The notes beneath the pieces were generated by a model. The model did no database searches and was not told the DNA's origin. It saw only the letters and a program-made list of their open reading frames with translations. Below are positions 42,380 through 50,243 of a DNA stretch of 50,243 nucleotides, in pieces. The DNA is from Candidatus Nanopelagicales bacterium (GTDB lineage: Bacteria > Actinomycetota > Actinomycetes > S36-B12). The translations under genes and the position numbers were made by a program. Within the stretch, counting starts at the first letter, position 1. Each line of letters begins with the position of its first letter. The stretch is from contig JAFMCP010000004.1 in NCBI GenBank assembly GCA_017857705.1, positions 1 through 50,243 on the forward strand, given 5' to 3'.

Positions 42380-43051
42380 GTGCGACGCTTACGGCAGATC
42401 TTCGCGGTTTCCACGCTCGCATTGCTTTTGGCTGCCGGGCTGGTGGCCGGTGGCCTAGCGACATCACTGTTTATGGTCTTTGGATCTGACAAGGGATTGA
42501 TCGTCGAAGGACCCGTAATCAACTCTGAGGAATTGCAATCTTGTTCGGTGGTAGTCATCGATTTAGAGCGAATTGACATTGCCAGTCCGACGCAACTGGC
42601 GCTGCTCCCCAATCCGCTGGAGAGACTCACTGTCGATATTTCACCCGAAGCGCAGTTCAGTGCCGGGCTGTTTTCACGGGAGTCCGCGGATTCCGCGATT
42701 TTAGGCTTTGATACTTGCATTGCAACACTCGAGTCGAATTCTTGGGTGGTAAAGCACAGTGCACTTGGAGAACCTTGGTTCAGGATCGGTGATCGCATTG
42801 GATTTGTAGCGGGCCAAAGTGGAACACCTATTTCTTTTAATGCGACACAAGCGTCAAACTCAACTCTGATTATTTCCGTGACTGAGCAGGATCAGGTAAT
42901 TACAGAGGTCGTACTGAAGGCCGATCTCAGTTTTCCCAACGCAAATGTCTGGATCACTGGCCTAGCAATTATCTCAGGCGCTCTAGTAGCCCTTTTTATC
43001 GTCCTTGTAGTTTTATTTATTGTTAAAAGCCGAAGAGGACCGCAAGTATGA
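42380..43051 (+). CDS. Hypothetical membrane protein (N- and C-terminal TM helices)
   Basis: Long ORF filling the gap with an ATGA overlap into the next gene. Hydrophobic N- and C-termini. GTG 42380 preferred over TTG 42308. No family recognised. Confidence 0.75.
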   Translation: MRRLRQIFAVSTLALLLAAGLVAGGLATSLFMVFGSDKGLIVEGPVINSEELQSCSVVVIDLERIDIASPTQLALLPNPLERLTVDISPEAQFSAGLFSRESADSAILGFDTCIATLESNSWVVKHSALGEPWFRIGDRIGFVAGQSGTPISFNATQASNSTLIISVTEQDQVITEVVLKADLSFPNANVWITGLAIISGALVALFIVLVVLFIVKSRRGPQV

Positions 43052-43620
43052 ATCCTTGGCGGCCGTGGACGATCCCGAATGCAGTGACTCTTATGCGCCT
43101 ATTGGGTATTCCTTTGTTCCTGTTTCTCTTGCTAAACAGGGCAGATTACTTTTGGGCATTGTGTGTTTTGGTAATTGCTGGGGCAACGGATTGGGTGGAC
43201 GGTTTCTTAGCCCGCAAGCTAAATCAGGTCAGCCGGTTGGGTGTCCTTTTAGATCCGATGGTTGACCGTTTATACATTGCAGCAACATTAATTGGACTAG
43301 CTTGGGCAAACCTGATTCCATGGTGGCTCGTTTTCCTCATTGCACTTCGCGACATTGCCCTGCTCGCATTAATCCCCTCATTGCGTAAACTGGGCATCTC
43401 TGCGTTGCCGGTCACTTACATTGGCAAGGCTGCCACTTTTGCATTGCTGTGGGGGTTTCCCTTGATTCTTCTGGGCGGACTTGATTCCACCACCGCGACA
43501 GTTTTGTCGGCCGCGGGTTGGGGATTTGCTCTCTGGGGGACTTACTTGTATTGGTGGTCCGGTGTGAGGTATTTTGCTCAGACTCGAACATTGTTTGAAC
43601 TACTAAATAGCAAGGGATAG
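43048..43620 (+). CDS. CDP-alcohol phosphatidyltransferase (PgsA2-like)
   Basis: TIPN and the D..DG.LAR..G..LDP..D signature. Confidence 0.93.
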   Translation: MNPWRPWTIPNAVTLMRLLGIPLFLFLLLNRADYFWALCVLVIAGATDWVDGFLARKLNQVSRLGVLLDPMVDRLYIAATLIGLAWANLIPWWLVFLIALRDIALLALIPSLRKLGISALPVTYIGKAATFALLWGFPLILLGGLDSTTATVLSAAGWGFALWGTYLYWWSGVRYFAQTRTLFELLNSKG

Positions 43621-43630
43621 GCTTTATGTC

Positions 43631-44014
43631 ATGACCCCTGACGAATTGTCGTACACCTCAGACCACGAGTGGCTCAGACTTAATGAGGATGGCAATGCCG
43701 TTTTCGGCATAACTTTCTTCGCACAAGATGCTTTGGGCGACATCGTCTACGTCTCGCTGCCTACAGTGGGCCAGGAACTAAAAGCTGGAGCATCTTGCGG
43801 AGAAGTCGAGTCCACGAAGAGCGTTAGTGACTTGTTCGCCCCGATTGATGGCACAGTTGTAGCCGTTAACTCTGACCTGGAGTCAAGCCCTGAGTTAATA
43901 AATTCTTCGCCCTATTTCCATGGGTGGTTAGTGGAAATGGAACCTGATGTTCCACAGCAAATTGATGACCTACTCAGTTCAGCTGACTACAACGCACTCA
44001 TTAGTAAGGCCTAG
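43631..44014 (+). CDS. gcvH: Glycine cleavage system H protein
   Basis: DHEW, AQDALGDIVYV, lipoyl-lysine in ESTKSVSD, and INSSPY..GW. Confidence 0.97.
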   Translation: MTPDELSYTSDHEWLRLNEDGNAVFGITFFAQDALGDIVYVSLPTVGQELKAGASCGEVESTKSVSDLFAPIDGTVVAVNSDLESSPELINSSPYFHGWLVEMEPDVPQQIDDLLSSADYNALISKA

Positions 44015-44023
44015 GGAATTCCC

Positions 44024-44518
44024 ATGAAGTGTGCAGTTTGTGATCAGAGCGTCTCACCCAATGATCGTTTTTGCTCCGCGTGTGGGGCACCTGTTGAAAT
44101 TGATCTAGGAGAATTGGGTACCGAACATACTGGTGCAATAACTTCAATCATTAACACCGGGACAGGGCCTGTTTCAGTGGGATCGGGCATCCACCGAGAC
44201 CTTCCCAGCGGATCTGCCATGCTAGTTGTGCACCGAGGTCCAGGTGAAGGCACGGAGTATTCCCTTGCTCCTAGCAGCGAGGTAATCATTGTCGGTCGTG
44301 CTGAAGAATGTGATGTATTTCTGGACGATGTCACGGTAAGTCGACGCCACGCAGAGTTTCGACATGGAGCACAGGGATGGAGTGTGCAGGATGTAGGCAG
44401 TCTGAATGGTACGTATGTGAATCGCGTGCGCGTTGAGGATCAACAACTGCGTGGAGGAGATGAAGTCCAGATTGGCAAGTTCCGTTTCGTCTTTCTAGTT
44501 GGCGTGGAAGGCCAATGA
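44024..44518 (+). CDS. garA: Zinc-ribbon plus FHA domain protein (GarA/OdhI-like)
   Basis: CAVC..FCSACG zinc ribbon. FHA motifs GR..FLDDVTVSRRHAEF..DVGSLNGTYVN. Synteny gcvH-FHA-MerR-DUF151-MerR. Confidence 0.82.
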   Translation: MKCAVCDQSVSPNDRFCSACGAPVEIDLGELGTEHTGAITSIINTGTGPVSVGSGIHRDLPSGSAMLVVHRGPGEGTEYSLAPSSEVIIVGRAEECDVFLDDVTVSRRHAEFRHGAQGWSVQDVGSLNGTYVNRVRVEDQQLRGGDEVQIGKFRFVFLVGVEGQ

Positions 44519-45213
44519 CATCGCAGTCAGAAAATACGCTGAGTATCGGCGAGGTGCTCGGTATGTTAAAAAAAGACTTCCCTGATGTTTCCATCAGTAA
44601 GATTCGGTTTTTAGAGACGGAAGGTTTAATCACACCGTCTCGAACGGCTTCTGGGTATCGGCGCTTCGACACCCACGATCTAGCTCGGCTGCGTTCAATT
44701 TTGACATTACAACGAGATCAGTATTTGCCTCTGAAAGTGATTAAGGATCAACTCGATGAAAATCAAGAACAGGCAGGATTAGCAGTCCCGGTTTCATCAA
44801 CGCTGGGGGTACGCCCGGATGATTTTCGTCCTGGTGCTGGCAAGATCCGACTCACCCGGAGTGAACTTGCGCAAGAGACATCGCTGTCGGAAACTCTGAT
44901 AACTGCTCTAGAGAAAGACGGTCTGGTCTGGACAAATGCGACCGGTCATTATGACGAGGACGCGGTTCAAATCTGCATGATTGCCTCGAAGTTATCCGAG
45001 TTTGGGGTAGAGGCGCGTCACCTGCGTTCATTTCGGGTGGTTGCTAATCGGGAGTCTGGGTTGGTCGAACAGATTGCCACCCCGTATTCACAGCCTCGAG
45101 ATCGTGATGCAAAGGCTCGGGCACAACAAACCGTCCGTGAATTGGCGTCTCTCTTTGTACAATTGCATGCTGCTTTGCTCAGGGCAGAACTGATTAAGTC
45201 GGGCAGTGGCTAA
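44515..45213 (+). CDS. MerR-family transcriptional regulator (FtsR/Rv1828-like)
   Basis: SIGEVL..FPDVSISKIRFLE..RTASGYRRF..QRDQYLPLKVIK pattern. Confidence 0.9.
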   Translation: MTSQSENTLSIGEVLGMLKKDFPDVSISKIRFLETEGLITPSRTASGYRRFDTHDLARLRSILTLQRDQYLPLKVIKDQLDENQEQAGLAVPVSSTLGVRPDDFRPGAGKIRLTRSELAQETSLSETLITALEKDGLVWTNATGHYDEDAVQICMIASKLSEFGVEARHLRSFRVVANRESGLVEQIATPYSQPRDRDAKARAQQTVRELASLFVQLHAALLRAELIKSGSG

Positions 45214-45242
45214 AATAATGAACAGGGTTTAGCCTTATGTAC

Positions 45243-45737
45243 ATGATTCCTGTAATGGTGGCCGGCGTCCGGATGGAAATGCCCTCGAATACGCCGATTG
45301 TGTTACTCAATGAAATTGATGGCACTCGTTATCTACCAATTTGGGTGGGGGCTGTGGAGGCCACTGCTATTGCTTATGCCCAACAAGGTGTGACACCCCC
45401 TCGACCAATGACCCATGATCTGATTGTCGATTTAATCGATGAACTCGATGCGAACTTAACCGGAGTGAGAATTACCGCGTTAACCGATGGTGTTTTCTAT
45501 GCATTTCTAGACCTGATGACCACAAGCGGTGAAACCCATGAACTCAGTTCCAGACCATCCGATGCCATCGCTCTAGCACTGCGTGCCGGTGTTCCCATCA
45601 CCGTGGCCCCAGAGGTCCTCGAGGCGGCTGGGGTTGAAATACCGGAAGACGCTGAGGGCGAGCCTGAAGACCAAGTTGAGGCGTTCCGGGAGTTCCTTGA
45701 GGGTGTTTCGCCCGAAGATTTTGAGACCCCTCAGTAG
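45243..45737 (+). CDS. Bifunctional nuclease family (DUF151) protein
   Basis: LPIWVG..EA.AI, RPMTHDL, RPSDAIALA and FREFL..SPEDF motifs. ATG 45243 is preceded by TAGCCT-N7 (45237 is an alternative). Confidence 0.93.
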   Translation: MIPVMVAGVRMEMPSNTPIVLLNEIDGTRYLPIWVGAVEATAIAYAQQGVTPPRPMTHDLIVDLIDELDANLTGVRITALTDGVFYAFLDLMTTSGETHELSSRPSDAIALALRAGVPITVAPEVLEAAGVEIPEDAEGEPEDQVEAFREFLEGVSPEDFETPQ

Positions 45738-45849
45738 TCGGCTCGACTTCACGTTCAGGTTGAGACTTCTCCTGCATCTGCTGTGGCGTGTCGGATAGCA
45801 TCACGTGCAGTGCCTGCGTAGGTTCGAGGCCTACACGTAGGAGGAAGAT

Positions 45850-46425
45850 GTGACTGGCGAGATTATTGGTGCCTTTGAGAACTACCCGATTCAGCCATCT
45901 ATGTTCGAGGAACTTGATGTCCCGGTAGTTCCATCGGATTTGGGTTATCGAGGACCAACAGCTTGTGCCGCCGCCGGCATCACGTATCGCCAACTAGATT
46001 ATTGGGCTAGGACAGGGCTCGTTGTCCCCAGCGTCAAGGGAGCGCACGGTTCAGGTAGCCATCGACTTTATGGATTTCGCGACATCCTGATTCTTCGCAT
46101 TGTAAAACGACTCATAGATACCGGTGTCTCCCTGCACAATATTCGACTGGCAGTTGAGCATCTCAGTTCCCGCGACGCAAGCGTTCTATCGAGTCTGACC
46201 ATCATGAGTGATGGGGCGAGCATCTATGAATGCAACAGTGCAGACGAAGTGGTGGACCTCGTACGAGGGGGGCAAGGGGTGTTTGGAATTGCAATAGGCA
46301 GTGTTTGGAAAGAGGTCGAAGGAAATCTAGCAACACTTCCCGGGGAGGCCCCAGAAACTGGGGTTATCACAATGCACGGAAATGACGAACTTTCGGAGCG
46401 TCGCGCAGCGCGAGCTGCAGGCTAG
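45850..46425 (+). CDS. MerR-family transcriptional regulator (Rv1830-like)
   Basis: GYRGPTAC.AAGITYRQLDYWARTGLV.PS..GSGS.RLY and GGQGVFGIAI motifs. SD AGGAGG upstream. Confidence 0.92.
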   Translation: MTGEIIGAFENYPIQPSMFEELDVPVVPSDLGYRGPTACAAAGITYRQLDYWARTGLVVPSVKGAHGSGSHRLYGFRDILILRIVKRLIDTGVSLHNIRLAVEHLSSRDASVLSSLTIMSDGASIYECNSADEVVDLVRGGQGVFGIAIGSVWKEVEGNLATLPGEAPETGVITMHGNDELSERRAARAAG

Positions 46426-46449
46426 CTGTACAGTTCTCAGTAGCTGCTC

Positions 46450-46552
46450 GACCTCTAGCGGGAGAGAGTGTGTGAAGGATTAACGAGGATATTGCGCACC
46501 GCCGAAGGAGCAAGGCCCCACCAAACTCTCAGGCAAATGAACCGCTAGAAAA
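46450..46552 (+). promoter_or_regulatory. Glycine riboswitch, aptamer 1
   Basis: P1 TCTAGCGG/CCGCTAGA. Conserved GGAGAG, CGCCGAAGGAGCAA and AACTCTCAGGC. Upstream of gcvP. Confidence 0.95.
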
Positions 46553-46651
46553 AGGCTAATCTGGAAAGCAATCTCAGGATTGCACCGACGGGGAAAACTA
46601 CCGCAGGGTAGTGAAACTCTCAGGTAGGGGAAACCTTAGAAACAGATGGGG
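46553..46651 (+). promoter_or_regulatory. Glycine riboswitch, aptamer 2
   Basis: P1 ATCTG/CAGAT. CTGGAAAG, CACCGACGGGGAAA and AACTCTCAGGT motifs. Confidence 0.93.
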
Positions 46652-46687
46652 TACTAGAAAGTATGCCCATCGACCTTGGAGAGTTAA

Positions 46688-49543
46688 ATGAATAACATTC
46701 GTTTTGCCGATCGTCACATCGGCCCACGCAAAAGCGATGTAGAGCAGATGCTCGAGGTGCTGGGCTACCCAACAATTGAAGCATTCACTCAGGCCGTGGT
46801 GCCCGAAGTAATCCGCTGGAATGAGGCGCTCGATCTTCCACAGGCGTTATCCGAGGAAGACGTCATCGCGTTGGCAAAAACAATTGCCGGCAAAAACAGT
46901 GTCTCAACAAGTCTGATCGGTATGGGCTACTACAACACCCACACACCGGCCGTCCTCAAGCGAAATGTCTTAGAAAATCCTGCTTGGTACACCGCCTACA
47001 CCCCTTATCAACCGGAGATATCTCAAGGTCGACTCGAAGCCCTGATCAATTTTCAAACAATGATCGAAGACTTAACTGGACTGCCCGTGGCGGGAGCGTC
47101 ACTTTTGGACGAACCAACGGCTGTCGCCGAGGCTATGACTCTTGCACTGCGCGCGGGTAAGAAGAACGTCAGCCGGTTATTGGTCGACCAAGATATTCAT
47201 CCGCAAACCTTGTCAGTGCTCGCAACTAGGGCAAAGCCACTAGATGTTGAATTGGTAGCTTGGGATGCGACCGAACCGATTCCTGATGGTGAATTCGCTG
47301 GTGTGATTGTTTGTTACCCCGGATCCTCAGGAAATATCAACGACTTAGGCCCGATCATTGAGCAGATCAAATCATCCGGTGCTTTTACAATCGTGACAAC
47401 GGATCTGCTTGCATTAACTCTGATCGAATCACCAGGTTCATTGGGAGCAGACATAGTTGTGGGTTCGGCGCAACGGTTCGGTGTACCGATGGGGTTTGGT
47501 GGGCCACACGCAGGATTCATGTCGGTGCGATCGGGATTGGAACGCAGCTTGCCAGGACGTCTTGTTGGTGTGAGTGTCGACGCAGACGGCGCACCGGCAT
47601 ACCGGCTGGCTCTACAGACCCGAGAGCAACACATCAGGAGGGAGAAGGCCACCAGTAATATTTGTACTGCGCAGGTTTTACTTGCGATCATCTCCGGAAT
47701 GTATGCCGCCTACCACGGACCCCAAGGTCTGACGGAAATAGCTAAGCGAGTCAACGGCTTCACGACAATTCTGGCCGAACATTTGTCAGAGCATGGATAT
47801 CAATTGGTATCAAACAACTTTTTTGACACAATAACGCTCACATCGACGAACGCATATGAGTTAGCACAGGCCCTCGAGGAAGCCGGCATCAATGTACGTC
47901 GCACGAATGATTCCAGTTTGGGGTTATCACTTGACGAGACCACGACGAGAGCAACAATTGAAACAATCGCGGGGGTTCTGACTCCCGGAAAGCTCATCGT
48001 TAATCTCAAGCCATCATCGCATTCAATTCCTCAAGCTTCGATGCGCACGACAAGTTTCCTGGAGCATCCGGTTTTCAATACCTACAGGTCCGAGACAGCA
48101 ATGCTGAGATACCTGAGGAAGCTCTCGGACAAAGATATCGCCCTTGACCGGTCAATGATTCCACTCGGTAGTTGCACGATGAAATTGAATGCAACGGTTG
48201 AAATGGAACCCATCACTTGGTCGGAGTTCGCTAATATTCACCCGTTCGCCCCCCTTGATCAGGCCCAAGGATATGTGGAACTAATTCGCGAACTTGAAAG
48301 CTATCTCGTCGAGATCACTGGTTACGACGCGGTGTCTTTGCAACCGAATGCTGGCAGTCAAGGTGAGTTCGCTGGGTTGCTAGCTATTAAGGCGTATCTG
48401 GAAAGTATTGGACAAAACGAAAGAGATATTTGCTTAATTCCCAGTAGCGCACACGGCACAAACGCGGCTAGTGCCGTAATGGCTGGGATGCGCGTGGTAG
48501 TTGTTGCATGCGACGAATTGGGGAATGTCGATATTGATGACCTCAAGGATAATCTCGCCAAATACGCCGGTGAAGTGGCAGCATTAATGATCACCTATCC
48601 GTCAACTCACGGTGTATTTGAAGCCGCGGTCGCTGACATCTGTGAATTAGTGCACGACGCTGGGGGCCAGGTCTACGTTGATGGTGCAAATCTCAATGCG
48701 CTAGTGGGTGTGGCCAAGCCCGGAAAGTTTGGTGCCGACGTCTCGCATCTGAACCTGCACAAGACATTCTGTATTCCGCATGGTGGGGGAGGACCTGGCG
48801 TTGGACCGGTCGGCGTTAGGGCCCACCTTGCACCTTTTCTCCCTTCTCACCCACTACGTCCCGAGTGTGGTCCTACGGGAATGGGCTTTGTTGACGGTGG
48901 AGTCGGACCCGTCAGCGGGGCGCCTTGGGGGAGTGCCGGAATCTTGCCAATTCCATGGGCTTATATCAGGCTAATGGGTGCGCAAGGACTTCTTGAGGCC
49001 ACACAGGTGGCAATTGTTAGCGCAAACTACATCGCTCGAAAACTCAACGATTACTATCCAGTTCTCTACAGCGGAGCCAATGGTCTGGTGGCTCATGAAT
49101 GCATCATCGATATTCGTCCGATTACATCCGCTACGGGCATCACCGTCGATGACATTGCCAAGCGTCTTATCGACTACGGATTCCATGCTCCCACCATGAG
49201 TTTTCCTGTCGCCGGGACTCTGATGATTGAGCCGACAGAGAGTGAAAATCTTGCTGAATTGGATCGATTCATTAGTGCCATGATCAACATTGCTCAAGAA
49301 ATCCATTTGGTGGCTAGCGGGGAGTGGCCATCGGATTCCAACCCCTTGGTCAATGCACCTCACACAGCCGCATGTCTCATTGACGGGAGTGAGCTGCCCT
49401 ACGCGGGAGCTATCGCTGCCTATCCGGTTCCATCCGTGAGAGCAAATAAATATTGGCCACCCGTACGTCGAATCGACGGTGCATTTGGTGATCGAAACCT
49501 TGTCTGCAGTTGCCCCAGTATTGAGGAACTAGCACTTAATTAA
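46688..49543 (+). CDS. gcvP: Glycine dehydrogenase (decarboxylating)
   Basis: [42 protein letters not shown] lysine in HLNLHKTF, and DRNLVCSCP. Confidence 0.99.
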   Translation: MNNIRFADRHIGPRKSDVEQMLEVLGYPTIEAFTQAVVPEVIRWNEALDLPQALSEEDVIALAKTIAGKNSVSTSLIGMGYYNTHTPAVLKRNVLENPAWYTAYTPYQPEISQGRLEALINFQTMIEDLTGLPVAGASLLDEPTAVAEAMTLALRAGKKNVSRLLVDQDIHPQTLSVLATRAKPLDVELVAWDATEPIPDGEFAGVIVCYPGSSGNINDLGPIIEQIKSSGAFTIVTTDLLALTLIESPGSLGADIVVGSAQRFGVPMGFGGPHAGFMSVRSGLERSLPGRLVGVSVDADGAPAYRLALQTREQHIRREKATSNICTAQVLLAIISGMYAAYHGPQGLTEIAKRVNGFTTILAEHLSEHGYQLVSNNFFDTITLTSTNAYELAQALEEAGINVRRTNDSSLGLSLDETTTRATIETIAGVLTPGKLIVNLKPSSHSIPQASMRTTSFLEHPVFNTYRSETAMLRYLRKLSDKDIALDRSMIPLGSCTMKLNATVEMEPITWSEFANIHPFAPLDQAQGYVELIRELESYLVEITGYDAVSLQPNAGSQGEFAGLLAIKAYLESIGQNERDICLIPSSAHGTNAASAVMAGMRVVVVACDELGNVDIDDLKDNLAKYAGEVAALMITYPSTHGVFEAAVADICELVHDAGGQVYVDGANLNALVGVAKPGKFGADVSHLNLHKTFCIPHGGGGPGVGPVGVRAHLAPFLPSHPLRPECGPTGMGFVDGGVGPVSGAPWGSAGILPIPWAYIRLMGAQGLLEATQVAIVSANYIARKLNDYYPVLYSGANGLVAHECIIDIRPITSATGITVDDIAKRLIDYGFHAPTMSFPVAGTLMIEPTESENLAELDRFISAMINIAQEIHLVASGEWPSDSNPLVNAPHTAACLIDGSELPYAGAIAAYPVPSVRANKYWPPVRRIDGAFGDRNLVCSCPSIEELALN

Positions 49544-49566
49544 GTTGACCGAAATAGCCAAGAGGA

Positions 49567-50241
49567 CTAGATGTGGATACAGTCCAAGGACAACACATCA
49601 CCCTCAACACATGAGTCACAAACAAGGGTCAACTCTCGGCACCAGTCACTTGAACAGTTATAGAAGGTTTTGGTCAACCCTTCGCAGTGAGCGCATTGTC
49701 CAATTGCTGCAACATCTGGCTCAAAATCGACTGTCATTCGACGATCAAAAACATAAAGGCTGCCTTCCCAAAGCCCTTTATTTCCAAATGCTTCACCGTA
49801 TTTAACAATCCCACCATCAAGCTGATAAACCTCTTCAAAACCACGTGACTTCATTGCACTACTAAGAATCTCACAACGAATTCCACCAGTGCAATAAGTC
49901 ACAACCGCTTTGGACTTCAAATGATCGTATTTACCAGAATCAATTTCAGCGATAAAATCGTGGGTGGTGTTTGTATCGGGGACAGTGGCTCCCTTGAACC
50001 GTCCAATTCGTGACTCGAAAGCATTTCTGCCGTCAAAAAAGGCGACTTGATCTCCACGGGCCTCGACCAACTCGTGTAATTCGACGGGGGAGAGGTGTTG
50101 TCCACCCCCGACAACGCCCTGGGAATCAACTGTTAATTCGTTCGGAATTCCAAATCCTACAACCTCACTTCGGGCTTTAACCTTCAGACGAGGGAAGTCC
50201 TCGCGAGATCCTTCAGACCATTTGTATTCAATCTCTTTGAA
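49567..50241 (-). CDS. trhO: Rhodanese-domain tRNA U34 hydroxylase TrhO/YceA family, 5'-truncated by the window edge
   Basis: The frame is open to the window end ([22 protein letters not shown]..). [24 protein letters not shown] and LYVFDRR motifs, Cys-rich C-terminus. Confidence 0.9.
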   Translation of the reverse strand, partial: FKEIEYKWSEGSREDFPRLKVKARSEVVGFGIPNELTVDSQGVVGGGQHLSPVELHELVEARGDQVAFFDGRNAFESRIGRFKGATVPDTNTTHDFIAEIDSGKYDHLKSKAVVTYCTGGIRCEILSSAMKSRGFEEVYQLDGGIVKYGEAFGNKGLWEGSLYVFDRRMTVDFEPDVAAIGQCAHCEGLTKTFYNCSSDWCRELTLVCDSCVEGDVLSLDCIHI

Positions 50242-50243
50242 GG

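Overview
About 50 kb of densely packed core chromosome from an Actinomycetota genome. GC is moderate (roughly low 50s by eye), intergenic spacers are very short and there are many overlaps, which suggests a streamlined, possibly planktonic lineage (inference). Gene order follows conserved actinobacterial blocks: rpsA(3' end)-coaE-uvrB-terC; MBL hydrolase divergent from uvrA-Rieske-uvrC-rapZ-yvcK-whiA; gap-pgk-tpiA-secG-rbpA; tkt-tal-zwf-opcA-pgl; ctaB convergent with ABC-ABC-ctaA; sufR-sufBD-fdx-sufCSUT-ABC-F-ech-ABC exporter; SURF1, DUF3099, dodecin, fabG-fabI, serB; orphan membrane protein-pgsA-gcvH-garA-MerR-DUF151-MerR; tandem glycine riboswitch-gcvP; trhO (partial). I saw no rRNA, tRNA, CRISPR array, IS, integrase or prophage. 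The most unusual element is a 546-bp cassette (3' end of the MBL hydrolase gene plus a stand-alone DUF1905 gene) followed by a decayed second copy of that 3' end, which looks like an integrase-free gene capture. Also visible are about 13 putative leaderless promoters (TANNNT-N5-7-start), a palindromic SufR operator, a candidate FtsR-type box, and a U-less hairpin competing with the glycine riboswitch. I cannot support a large novel system from this window. All product calls come from motif and family recognition, not database searches.
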